Source of the DNA: Octopus bimaculoides | Taxonomy: Eukaryota | Length of the DNA: 64,000 nt | Assembly (NCBI RefSeq): GCF_001194135.2 | Contig: NC_068996.1 | Location: 51,869,883-51,933,882 of the forward strand | Reading direction: 5' to 3' | In this document: piece after piece, positions 51,616 through 63,821 of the stretch | How the letters are laid out: each line of letters opens with the position of its first letter | Position numbering within the stretch: position 1 is the stretch's first letter | The notes under the pieces: generated by a model | What the model saw: the letters and a program-made list of their open reading frames with translations, nothing else | Databases searched by the model: none | What the model was told of the DNA's origin: nothing | Position numbers and translations under genes: made by a program

Positions 51616-52212
51616 TATCCATATCTCTACACTATAGCTATGAAACATGGATTGTTAAGCAACAATATGTAAGGAAACTGAACCGTTTCCACACCACCAG
51701 CCTCAGAAAATTATTGAGATAACTGGCAAGACAAAATCGTAGACACCAAGGTGTATTCACCTGTTCTAGTTTGCCCAGCATCTGCACCATCCTGATGCAA
51801 TCACAGCTTCATTGGACAGTACAGGTTCCCAGAGAAACTATTGTTTGGTAAACTCCAAGGCAAATGCTTCCAGTGAAGCCAGAAAAGAAAATAGTACTTC
51901 AAAAAATACTTAGCTTCTATAAACAATTTCAGCATCAGCCATGTCACACGGGAGCAGATGGCTTGGGACAGAGGCAAATGACAGCCAGCAGCCAGCAGTC
52001 TGCAGGGGCAGGCAAACATGGGGAACCAACAAGATTGCAGTGGCTGAGCAATGCAGGCTAAGTCAACTTCGACCAGCATTCCCTGTTCACACTGGCGGGG
52101 GAAACCTCTGGGCACAGCTTGGCTTGATTGGTCACCAACGCACTTACAAAGCCCAACTCCAATCTCAATGCCTGGATGAATAGATAGTCTGTATTGCTCT
52201 GACTGACTGATA
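51616..52212 (+). mobile_element. RTE (BovB-like lineage) 3' end with a C-terminal Zn-finger-like remnant
   Basis: YSYETWIVKQQYVRKLNRFHTTSLRKLL..WQDKIVDT, then NLWAQLGLIGHQRTY, then (CTGA)n. Same lineage as 40-635. Confidence 0.82.
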
Positions 52213-52367
52213 TACATACATGCATGCATGCATACATACTAACATACATACATACATACATGCATACATACATACATACATACATACATACATACATACA
52301 TACATACATGCATACATACATACATACATACATACATACATACATACATGCATACATACATACATAG
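52212..52367. repeat. (TACA)n microsatellite
   Basis: Directly visible. Confidence 0.95.
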
Positions 52368-52772
52368 GTGTAAAAAGGTTGAATTTAGATTTGTCCTTTA
52401 ATGTAAAGGTTTCCAAAAATGATTTCTCTAATATTGTTTCTTCATATTTTGCTGGTAGTTTACAGGTGTAAATTTATGAATATGAAAATAATACTTGTAT
52501 ATGGTGTGTTGTGAATTTATGGTATCAAAATCCCATAAAACTTAACAATTTAGTTAAAAATGGAGAAGAAAAGTTGTTAAAAATATATAAGAGAATTTTT
52601 GTACAGAGATATAAAAATAATGCAAATTCATGAGTGAATTGAATTAAATTAAATTAATTAAATTAATTATACATCAATGTACTCTTCAGTGCAAGAAGTA
52701 TAAACCAAATTTTTACAAAGAACTTGAGAGAGGAAATAGCAGAACAGAATCAAGGAAATTCATATTTATCCA

Positions 52773-53580
52773 GACCCAGGAAGACCTGGGATGAGGCGGT
52801 GAAGCACGACCTTTGAACATTAGGCCTCACCGAGGCAATTAGTGACCAAGACCTTTGGAAATATACTGTGCGGGAGAAGACCTGGCAAGCCAAGTGAGAC
52901 CATAACCTGTGGCCTTTGCCAGCCCACTTATGCATACCTTTCCTTCATTGGACACAAAAACTGTGCTTGCGAAGAACTGTTGAGGCAAGTGAAATCGAAA
53001 TTGAAATTGAAATCAAACCAAATTCAATGACTGGTACCCATGCCAACCTTTCCTTCATTGGACACTAAACTCTGCTTGCGAAGACCTGATTGGGCAAGTG
53101 AAATCAAAATTGAACCATATTCGATGACTGGCACCCCTGCCAGTGGAGCGCTAACAGCACCATCCGAGCAGGATCATTGCCAGAGCAGCTGTCCGGCTTC
53201 TGTGCCGGTGGCACGTGAAAAGCACCATTTGAGCGTGATTGTTACCAGCATTGCCTTATTGGCACTTTTGTCGGTGGCACGAAAAAAAAGAAACATTTGA
53301 GCGAGGTCATTGCCAGTGCCGCTGGACTGGCTCCTGTGCAGGTGGCATGTAAAAAACACCACTTGAGCATGGCCATTGCCAGTATGTCCTGACTGGCTTT
53401 CATGCGGGTGACACATAAAAGCACCTACTACACTCTCGGAGTGGTTGGCGTTAGGAAGGACATCCAGCTGTAGATTGGAGCCTGGTGTAGCCATCCGGTT
53501 GCACCAGTCCTCAGTCAAATCGTCCAACCCATGCTAGCATGGAAAGCGGACGTTAAACGATGATGATGATGTTGATGATG
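52773..53580 (+). mobile_element. RTE 3' end with the most complex UTR: two ~105-bp A-modules, five ~65-bp B-modules and tail
   Basis: RPRKTWDEAVKHDL..LGLTEA ORF end. CTTTCCTTCATTGGACAC..GCTTGCGAAGA occurs twice (about 52938 and 53048). B-modules start near 53138, 53201, 53269, 53335 and 53401. Confidence 0.92.
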
Positions 53581-53957
53581 AGAAAAAGAAATGTGAATCC
53601 AGTTAGGTACTATATATATATATGCCTTTTAGGAATGGTGGATTCTTGAAGCAAATAAAGCTGTAAATAACAGGCTGTCTGTGGGATCCAGACACACATC
53701 TGTAAAAGTTCTCAAAGTTATAACACAAACTATACACATACAGGTTTAGGTCCTCCTGAATTACTTAGTGCATTGGGTGATAGCAAGCTTCCTCCAGCAG
53801 CTTTTGTCATTTGCTATTCTTACCCTTGTATTTCACCAAATGTTAATTTCTTCAAGTCATCTTGGAATGTCCACTACCATGTGATCTTCAGCTAGTCCCT
53901 TTTACACCTCTTGACTGGTGGCACTGTTTTCTTTCTTTCTCTCTCTCTCTCTCTCTG

Positions 53958-53992
<35 letters not shown>

Positions 53993-54261
53993 GAAATAAT
54001 GAAGTGATGAAGTTGAAAGTTGAAGGAGCAGAGGATATATATCAAGATTTATTTCAATTTTATAATATATATATATNNNNNNNNNNNNNNNNNNNNNNNN
54101 NNNNNNNNNNNNNNNNNNNNNNNNNNNNNNNNNNNNNNNNNNNNNNNNNNNNNNNNNNNNNNNNNNNNNNNNNNNNNNNNNNNNNNNNNNNNNNNNNNNN
54201 NNNNNNNNNNNNNNNNNNNNNNNNNNNNNNNNNNNNNNNNNNNNNNNNNNNNNNNNNNNNN

Positions 54262-54297
<36 letters not shown>

Positions 54298-55094
54298 CAA
54301 ATGAATCAGATTTTAAAATAAATCTTTTATTATGAAACAACCAAAAAAAATAAAAGTGAATGTATGTTTTATATAACCCACTTCACTTACATATTTTGAG
54401 ATTAAAATTGAATGCTCCAGTAGTTTAAGGAGCAGTTGACTAATTATTATTATTAGTCAAATAGCTAATTACTTGATAAAACGATTAGTTAATCAGTTGA
54501 GTAGTCAACCAATAACAAGCAAAAAGAAAGCAACTAGAACAAATGTGGGTGCTTTTATTGGCAAAATAACTCTCGCAAGATAAATGTGTGCATGTGTGTG
54601 TGTGCATGTGTGTGTGTGTGTGTGTGTGTGTTTGAGCAGTACTATCTTAAGACATGAGGACATGGACCGGTCACCCCAGGTGTCCCATGGATGTAAGGAC
54701 CCATTGCTAATCTATTTAGTTGTTGTGTAAGTAGGGGGCTTCTGTGTATACTTTACCCAGGAGCCTATAAGTCATTTAAAGTGGCCCTGTGTGTAAATAT
54801 ATATATGCACATGTATGAATGTATGTATGTATGTATGTATGTATGTATGTATGTATGTATGTGTGCATGTGAATGTGAATGTATGTATGTGTGTATGTAT
54901 TTATGCATGTATATGTGTACATGTGTATTTATGTATGTATGTGAATGTGAATGTATATATGTATTTATGTATGTATGTCTGTATGTGTGTGTGTATGTAC
55001 ATGTGTTATGTATGTAAGTATGTATGTGTACATGTACACACATACATATATGGTATAGAGCAAAAAACAAAATACAAAAGAAAATACCCCAGAT

Positions 55095-55620
55095 GGGATA
55101 GGCTCAGACATGGCTGTGTGGTAAGAAGTTTGCTTCCCAATCACATGATTCTCAGTTCAGTCCCACAGTGTGGAACCTTGGTTGAGTGTCTTCGATAGCC
55201 TTGAGCTGACTAAAACTTTGTGATTAGATTGGTTTGATAGAAACTGAAAGAAGATTGTTGCATATATACATGTGTGTGTGTGTGTGTATGTGCAAATATG
55301 TGAATGTGTTTGCCCCACCACCATCTGATAACTGCTGTATTTGTGTTGGTGTGTTTATGTCTCTGCAACTTAGTAATTTGGCAAAAGGAACTAAGAGAAT
55401 AAGCAGCATGCTTACAAAACAAAACAAATAGTACCAGGGTCAATTTATTTGAATAAAAAATTCTTCAAGGTGGTGCCCCAGCATGGCCACAGTCCAACTA
55501 AAACCCAAGCAAGGCCACAGTCCAATGACTGAAACAAGTAAAAGATAAAAGATATAGTGGGATTGATTTGTTCAACTAAAACCCTTCAAGGTGGTGCCCC
55601 ATCATGGCCACACTCCAATA
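55095..55620 (+). mobile_element. CORE-like tRNA SINE with duplicated 3' end
   Basis: GGCTGTGTGGTAAGAAG head and GTTCAGTCCC B-box. The CTTCAAGGTGGTGCCCCA.CATGGCCACA segment occurs twice. Confidence 0.8.
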
Positions 55621-55874
55621 ATAAAAGATAAAAAGGGAAGGGGAAATTTTAATGGCTGAAATGTTTCAGGCATTTCTTCCTCACAGAGGGGGAAAAGCCT
55701 GATGCTGGGAATATGTGCTGGGTAAATTGAGGTATTTTTGGCCAGTGAACGAACAGGATGACAAGCATGTGTCTGTATGTACATATGTGTTTTTATATAT
55801 AAAAAAACAGAAGAGGTCCTTCATGAAACATAGATTCATAAGGCAGTTTTTCCAGGTTCTGTGTTGTGTGTATT

Positions 55875-56048
55875 CACCCCTGGGATGGGACACTGGTCTG
55901 TCGCAGGATTAACTCACCTTCGCCAGTTGAGTAGAGTAACATGAAATGAAGTGCTTTACTTGAGAAGACAATGCATTGTGCAGTCCAAGAATCAAAACCA
56001 CAATCTTACAATCATGTGTTCTACACCCTAACCACTAAGCCAGGCACC
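55875..56048 (-). mobile_element. V-domain-like tRNA SINE, inverted copy
   Basis: Reverse complement of the 62000-62180 family (CCTGCGAC.GACCAGTGTCCCATCC). Confidence 0.75.
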
Positions 56049-57689
56049 TTCATGTTTGTGTGTGAGAGGGATTTGGAAAAATAGTTTTGTGTGTGTGTAC
56101 ACATTGTATGCTGTGTATTGTGTGCTTTTTGACTGCTAATCTGTTATATTTAAGATGTCCGTGTGTGTGTGTATGCATGCCTGCATCTGTGTATGTGTGC
56201 ACACATGTATGTAAAGACAGAAATGTCTGTTTGTCATGTTGTGTTGCGTGTCTGTGTACATGTTACATTACAATGTGTGTACGTCTGTGTGTGATTATTA
56301 TGCAGTGTGCATGAGTGTCTATGAGTTGTGTGTACAACCATGTGTCTGCATGTGTGCATGTGTGTTATATGTACAGATCTCTAGATGTGTATGTTTGTGT
56401 TCATGTAAAAATGTGTCTGTCATATTTCTAAAATGAATTCATGTCCGCGTATTTGAGATGCATGTTTTTTTTGGTGTGCATGTGTGTGTGTGTGTGTGTG
56501 TGGGTGTGTGTGAGTGTGTCTGTGTATGTTTCTCTATGTGTGGTGTGTGTATATGTGAATGCATGTGTGTATGAGTGAGAATTCCTGTGAAGATAGAAGT
56601 GTCTGTCATATTGTAATGAGTGTATATTCATATATTTGAAAGTAATAACACGATATTTTAATGGTCGTGTGTGTGTGTGTGTGTGAGAGAGAGAGGAGAT
56701 GGTGGAGAAAGATGGGGAGAAATTGAGAACAAAGGCGTTTGGTTTTGAAAAGAGAAAATAGAACACTGCACTTGGCAGTCAAGAGTTAGCGGATCCATTG
56801 TGTAAGGCCAAGCCAAGCACTATAAGATGTTGAGCTGAGTGGTTCTCTAATTATCAGCTAATTAAGACTGAAGATAGATAAAAATAAAATAACAGGGAAT
56901 AGACAAAAGTGGAGTTCTGACATAGGATACATGACAGTACATCATTCTATTTTTGCAATAATAGGAGGGCCTGGTAGCAAAGATACCATTGTAATATCCT
57001 GTTGTAGTGATGGGAAAGACCCACACACCCCATAGAGTTTAGAAGGTCTGAGACTTCGTGTGGGTGTATAACAACTCTGCATCATGACATTTATTAAATA
57101 AGCACTTAAGTGCTAGCTAATATAATCTCTAACCCTGTATAGTGCAGATTCAGTAAGACATCTTTCACCAGCTAAAACCAGGCAGTCCTCATCACTGACC
57201 AATTCAAACTTTTGTTAATCTTACTACCGGCTACATTATGGACGTATTCCACAAGCGATGGGAAGAACCTAAACCTGGAAAAAGAATGTTTATTCATGGC
57301 AGAGTACCACTTCACAGGGTTTCGTATTGGCCCCTATATAAACTAACCACTGCTATGAATCTCCACTGTACATTTATACACTGTGTTAATTTGGACAGTG
57401 TCTATCTGGGGGTGAAATTCTGCAGGTGTTCTGAAGTTACATCAAGGGGTGGGGAGACTATGATGCTCCCCACTTTTACTCCTGCTTGTGATCAGCAATA
57501 CACATATTGTCAGCCACCAAGGGACATGCTCAGCTGGGGAAGGTCAAGCAACTGACAAAGCAAATCTGTGGTACTGTGCTGAAGCCCATCCTTTATACAA
57601 AGGTAAAACATGCACACGCTAATACTTCCAATCAGTTAAGATCAGAAGCCACGAAAATCACTGCATGAGGACGATTATTTCTTTTTATC

Positions 57690-57879
57690 ACAGGTTTTGT
57701 TGTAACTCCTTTAGTCTTGCATGCATAGTGGGCTTACCACCCATAGCCTATGGGACCATGCTACTCGTTCTTTTCAGCTATCTAATAGTTTCCTGATTAT
57801 TCTGGCCATGCCAAGGAGGCAAACCTTTTTTAACAGTTCTGCTGGACATTCTATTCCAATTTCCTTTATATTCCTCTTA

Positions 57880-57880
<1 letters not shown>
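57690..57880 (-). mobile_element. R4/Dong 3' end fragment
   Basis: Homologous to 58230-58400 (ECPAELLKKVCLLGMARIIRKL). Confidence 0.8.
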
Positions 57881-57934
<54 letters not shown>

Positions 57935-57935
<1 letters not shown>

Positions 57936-58215
57936 GGTGAGTGAGCTGGCACAATTGTTAGCGCACTGAACGAAATGCTTAGCGGTATTTCACCTGTCGG
58001 TACATTCTGAGTTCAACTTTGCCTTTCATTCTTTTGGGGTTGATAAATTAAGTACCAGTAAAACACTGGGGTTGATGTAGTTGACTAGTCCCTGTCCCTT
58101 CCCTCAAATTTCAGGCCTTGCGCCNNNNNNNNNNAAACACTGGGGTTGATGTAGTTGACTAGTCCCTGTCCCTTCCCTCAAATTTCAGGCCTTGTGCCTT
58201 TAGTAGAAAGGATTG
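57935..58215 (+). mobile_element. tRNA-derived SINE (Meta/MESC-like), with a probable artefactual duplication across a 10-N gap
   Basis: GAGCTGGCACAATTGTTAGC head. 58061-58124 is repeated at 58135-58198. Confidence 0.82.
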
Positions 58216-58224
58216 TTATTATTG

Positions 58225-59465
58225 TTGGAGCCCCTGGAGTCTTGCATGCATAGAGGGCTTTCTACCTGCAGCCTACAGTACCATGCTATTTGCTCTTTTC
58301 AGCTAATATTTTCCTGATTATTCTGGCCATGTCAAGGAGGCAAACCTTTTGCAACAGTTCTACTGGGCACTCTATTCCAATTTCCTTTATATTCCTCTTG
58401 ATGCCTTCTAATACTATTCCCAAGGACCCAACAATAATTGGCACTATCTTCACCCTTATTTTCCATAACCGGGCTATTTCATACTTAAGATGGTTGTATC
58501 TATCTATTTTCTTGCCTTCCTTTTTGACCATTTGCTGGTCAAAGGGGTTTGCAACATCAGCTACATAGCACATGTTCTTTTTTATTGTTGAGGGAGTGCA
58601 AAACTCTTCCTGGTATTGTATTGCATTAGTTTATTTTGTCATGGGGTCTGGTTGCAGTCTTTTGTTATATTCATGTTTGTATTGTGAGTTGTGGGTGTAA
58701 TTCAGGCTGTGTTCTTCTGTTGGGTATCTAGTCTGTTGGTTGTTGTTTATTTTATTGGCTATTTGCTATAAAGAGTGTCTTGTGTTTGTGGATTGTTTTG
58801 TTTGGGTTATTTTATTGAACTGATAGTGTCTTGCATAGGATTAGGTTGCACATTCTGCATTTGGTATGAGATCCTGTTTTCATTATTTTGCTTTTATAGT
58901 TGTTCGTAGTGAGGCATTGGTCTTGTGCCGTGAGAATCAGTCTTTCTGTTTCGGCTTTTAGTCCAGAGCTTTTGAACCATTGTTGGATTTTACTTAAGCT
59001 CACTTCCTCTCTGTCAAGCCTTGCAGGATATTGGCCATGGAATGACTTTTCTCTCCGTTTCTTCTTTAGTATGTTTTGTAATTCTGTTTCCATGTTATTT
59101 TTTTGTCTCTTTAACCATTTCTGTTATACTGTCATCTGAATCAGTGTAGTTTGCTTCTGTTTTGTATTTTGTTGCCTCCTCGTGTGTATAGAGAAAAGTG
59201 TTTTCTTTTTCACATGTTGCTTTATTACATGTCTATTACATAACTTCCACATGTTTATTATGTTTCTTCACTTTTTGTTTCTAAGTACTTCTCTATTCCA
59301 ACAGTTGTTATTTTAGAGTAGTTCTCTGTCTATTTCAGGCCTTCTGAGCAGAGTAGATATATTCTTTCTGTGTTTGGTTTGGGGTTGTGACTTCAGTCTG
59401 CTGTTAATAATTTTCTGGTTTTCGTATCTAAGTTTCTCATTTCACTGATCTTCCAGGTTATTGCT
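58225..59465 (-). mobile_element. R4/Dong LINE 3' part flanked by AAT repeats
   Basis: ORF 58812-59093 (FHGQY..LKAETERLILTAQDQ..CRMC) and ORF 58286-58573 (DVANPFD..K.K.DRY..LKYEIARLW..IVPIIVGSLG). Confidence 0.9.
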
Positions 59466-59929
59466 GAAACTTATTATTAGTATTATTATTATTATTATCA
59501 TTATTATTATCATTATTTAATGGTATGCATAAACGTGTTACATATGGAATCGTTATCCTTGATGCTTTGTCGTAAGAAGTTTTCTTAGATATTGAGACCT
59601 TTTCAACCATCTTTGCTATTTCTAAGATTTCTGTATTAATACAACGCTTACAGTTACACCAATCGCAGCATTATTGCTCTTGTTGTTGTTGTAGTTGTTG
59701 TGGCTATCATTATTTTTATCAAAATTATTACTATTTTAGTTATTTTGTTAACATTATTGTTATCCTTTGAAATTATTCTTACTATCCCCCTCCACAGACA
59801 CACCCACTCCAATTTCTCTTCAGTCAACTTTTCCCCATCTCTAATCATCCACTCACACTCTATCTCCCCTGTATCACTTATATTCCCTCCTCCCACTGTA
59901 ATTTGTTGGTATGTCCTGATGCATATAGG

Positions 59930-60322
59930 TGCAGGAGTGGGTGTGTGGTAAAGTAGCTTGCTTACTAACCACATGGTTCTGGGTTCAGTCCCACTGCATG
60001 ACACCTTGGGCAAGTGTCTTCTACTATAGCCTCGGGCCGACCAAAGCCTTGTGCGTGGATTTGGTAGACGGAAACTGAAAGAAGCCCGTCGTATATATGT
60101 ATGTGTGTGTGTGTGTTTGTGTGTCTGTGTTTGTCCCCCCAACATCGCTTGACAACCGATGCTGGTGTGTTTACGTCTCATAACTTAGCGATTCGGCAAA
60201 AGAAACCAATAGAATAAGTACTAGGCTTACAAAGAATAAGTCCTGGGATCGATTTTCTCTACTAAAGACGGTGCTCCAGCATGGCCGCAGTCAAATGACT
60301 GAAACAAGTAAAAGAGTAAAGA
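59930..60322 (+). mobile_element. Full-length tRNA-derived SINE with CORE-like domain
   Basis: B-box GGGTTCAGTCCC (59981-92), ACCTTGGGCAAGTG CORE-like motif (60003-16), internal (TG)n and an A-rich AAAAGA tail. Confidence 0.88.
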
Positions 60323-60324
60323 GC

Positions 60325-60820
60325 ATGCATCTCCAACACTGCCTATTTCTCTTTCTTCCTCCCTCCCTGCCTCCCTGTCTCTCTCTCTCTCACTCACGCA
60401 CTCTGACTGTCTCTCTATCTTTCTTACTCTATCTCTCCTTCCTTTCCTTTTCTTCCCTTTAGGTTGCCAAGTATCTCTTCTATACTAAGAAACCTATCTC
60501 TTTCCCTCTATTATACTTTAACCTCTCAACTAGCACAGAGCCACATCCCTCAATACCCCTCCTCTCCCAACTGAGGAGGGGGGTCTTTGTTTTTGCAAGT
60601 TACTTGGCAACCCTGATGGTGTTGGTACCACATAAAAGTACCAGTCTTATGCTTCATAAAAAAGCACCCTATATTGGCATTAGGAAGGGCATACAGCTGA
60701 AACGAAGCCAAGACAGACAATAGAGCCTGATGTAGTTTTCTGGCTTGCCAACTTCTGTCAAACCATCTAACCCATGCCAGCACAAAAGATGGACGTTAAA
60801 TGATGATGATGATGATACTA
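60325..60820 (+). mobile_element. Pyrimidine body plus RTE-type tail with (GAT)n
   Basis: TACTTTAACCTCTCAAC body motif shared with about 15935, followed by the shared tail. Confidence 0.75.
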
Positions 60821-61201
60821 CATTTCCTGCAGTTCATTATTTATCTCTTTCCTCTGTACTACATATATGTATGTGTCATTATGCCATGTAAGAGTGTAGG
60901 TCCATAAGACTGAGTATGGGTGTGCCTTCCAATCTTCACTCCTCTTTCATGCATTTTTACTCACTCATTTCCTTTACCATTTATTCCGCTATAATAAATA
61001 ACCTGACGTTACTTATTTTGAATAATGATAAAGAGCCTGCAATTTTTCTTTATGTTTTATGTTTACTGTTAATACTGACAAAATGAGTTGACTGTATTGT
61101 GTTGCATAATATGGATCATGTAATAGTATCATTTAGCTTACAGAAATGTGTGTATGTTATATAATGCATTAAGTACCAGTTACATTTTCTGTGTTCCTTC
61201 A

Positions 61202-61240
<39 letters not shown>

Positions 61241-61421
61241 ACGTACATGCATGTGTGTGTGCATGGGCATGTATGCATGTGTGCATGTGCATGGGCATGC
61301 ATGTGTGTGCATATACACACACACTGAGAAAGAAAGTGATTGATAGATAAATAGATAAATAAGTAGATAGATGAATGAATGGATAGATGGACGGCCAGAC
61401 AGATGGATGGACAGACAGATG

Positions 61422-61458
<37 letters not shown>

Positions 61459-61994
61459 AAAAGAGACAGATAGATAGATAGAAAAACAGACAAATAGATA
61501 GATAGGTATGTAGGTAGGTAGGCAGATATTGGGGAGAAAGTAGTGGTGTACAAATGACACATGTGGTGTACAATAATTGATTACTATTTTGTTGGTAATG
61601 TGCTGTATTTAGAAAGAAGCAAAAAGATTGAGAAATGTTTTAGCTCTTAGTATACATTTCATTGTTTGCATATCCAGTTGTGTTTTTTTTTAATGTTTAA
61701 AATCATATATATATGTACATAGCAATGGGTATGTGTGGTGGTATTTATGAAGGAAAAATATGATTTGATCTTTATGTATTTACAAATGATGTTAGTTGCA
61801 TTAAATTTTGGTAGGAACCACATTTGTGCTACTGTAACATGGGGTGGCTAAAATTGTATAGAAATGAATCTGAACAGCAAAGGGAGAAAAAGGCAACTGA
61901 GTCAAAGAGGTGTTGGTTCAAAAGAAAGAATCAAAAGACTGCAAAATCTATTGAAGGCGAAATGAATCTGATATTGCCTAGCAAAACAAACTGG

Positions 61995-62510
61995 GGAGAC
62001 ACATAGCTTAGTGGTTATGGTGTTGGACTCATGATCGTAATATTGTGATTTCAGTTCTTAGACTGGGTGACGCATTGTGTTCTTGAGCAAAACACTTCAT
62101 TTCACATTGCTCCAGTTCACTCAACTGACAAAAATGAGTAATCCTGCGACGGACCAGTGTCCCATCCAGGTGGAGAATTTAAATGCTATGGAAACCTGGA
62201 AACCAGGAAACTGGCCCTTAGGAGTCGGCATGACTCATGGAGGTAACTTTACTTTTGTGGTTAGGGTGTTTGGACTCATGATAGTAAGATTATGGTTTCA
62301 ATTCCTGGACTGAGCAACATGTGTTCTTGAGCAAAACACTTCATTTTCACATTGCTCCAGTTCACTCAACTGGCATAAAATGAGTAACCCTGCAATAGAC
62401 CAGTGTCCCATCCAGGTGGGGAATTTAATTGCTATGGAAACCTGGAGACCAAGAAACTGGCCCTTAGTAGTTGGCATGACTCATGGAGGTAACATTTACC
62501 TTTACCTTAA
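61995..62510 (+). mobile_element. Tandem dimer of a tRNA SINE with a V-domain-like core
   Basis: Two ~255-bp units with TAGTGGTTA..GGACTCATGAT, TTGAGCAAAACACTTCA and CCTGC.A..GACCAGTGTCCCATCCAGG. Confidence 0.85.
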
Positions 62511-63821
62511 CAAGACAAACTGAAGCACAGAAGAATCATCTTAGACATTGGAGATTTCAAATCTTCAACCACATCTGAGTTTTGCCATTACACCCATATC
62601 TCAAACACAGAAGAATCATCTTAGACATTGGAGACTGAACCAATCTTTTTTAATCAGTAAATATTCAGATTTCAAGTCTTCAACTACAATTGAGTTTTGT
62701 CATTACATCCATAATTTATTTGTCTCAATGCAACTAACACAGAACTGGTTCAAAGCAACTAACACCGTATACAGAAACAAAAGACGTCATTACAAGTATC
62801 ACCAATCTGTTGAAATTAAAATCACCACAGTTTTGTCATCACAACCATAACTATGCTATTTCCTTACAATCACCACAGAGTTGCGTCATTAAAAACCCTC
62901 ATTGAGTGGTGTCATTATAAAACTAAGTATTGCCTGCGTTATTAGAAGTATCACTTTAGCTATATCGTTACCTTCCCCCACTCCTGCCATTGAGATTTGA
63001 TTTCAACTGCTTACACTCCCTCTCTTTTATTAACCAACCACCACTTTAATGATCTGCATCATTGAAAGCCTTGCTGAGAAGTTTCAGTACAGCCATTACT
63101 GAGAATTACATTGCAAACTTGCTCTTAGCTGTTTCAATACTCCTAATACTGAGCTGAACTTTGGCATTTGAACCAGTGACCTGTGTTGCTGCAGCCAAAG
63201 TATAGATGTATCATTACAACAGTCACAATAAGCTGAAAGATCCTTACAACAACCATCACTGAGTTGTATCATTACAACTATTCTTTTCCTTTTCTGCTTT
63301 GTAGCAACTGATTTTCCTTATAAGTTTTTTTTTAAATCATTAAATGTTTTTTAAAACATTTTTTTTTTCCTTTTGGCTGTAGAGCTTGGTGTAGACCCCT
63401 GGTTTGCTATCTCCTATCAAACCATCCAACCAATCACAGCATGGAAGATAGACATTAAACAATAATGATGATGATTCCATTATTTTTATATGTTACACTC
63501 TATTTTCATTATATATATATATACTGAATGGTACTGTCCAGGTGTCGAAACCATAGTGATATCTGTGGAGCAGCTGATGATGGAGGTGTGTTGGTTTGTT
63601 GGTTTAGCTGTTATTATATGTGCAGAGTAGTTTTATAAGACATTCATTTGCTATATATATATATATATATAAATAATACATATATAATTTAGAGAAAAAC
63701 CAACTATTAACAAATTCAACAATGAAAAATATCATTCAAGACATCTAGAAAAATAAATATACCACAAAAACCTTATTCCAAAAATCAATAAATTATACAA
63801 TCAATAAATAGCAAATAACAT

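Noticed and set aside
53138-53425. CRISPR-like repeat/spacer appearance (palindromic repeat plus ~40-bp spacers)
   Set aside because: The spacers are homologous to each other, the array is the 3'UTR of a eukaryotic RTE LINE found many times in the window, and there are no cas genes.
57000-57230. TGTTGTAGTG start resembling the LTR terminus (possible solo LTR)
   Set aside because: No further similarity to the 23055 LTR and no matching TSD.
58061-58198. 64-bp direct repeat
   Set aside because: It straddles a 10-N gap and differs at one base, so it is most likely an unmerged contig overlap.
63545-63585. GAAAC...CTGATGA, a possible permuted hammerhead
   Set aside because: No GUH cleavage triplet or stem III pairing in the right place.
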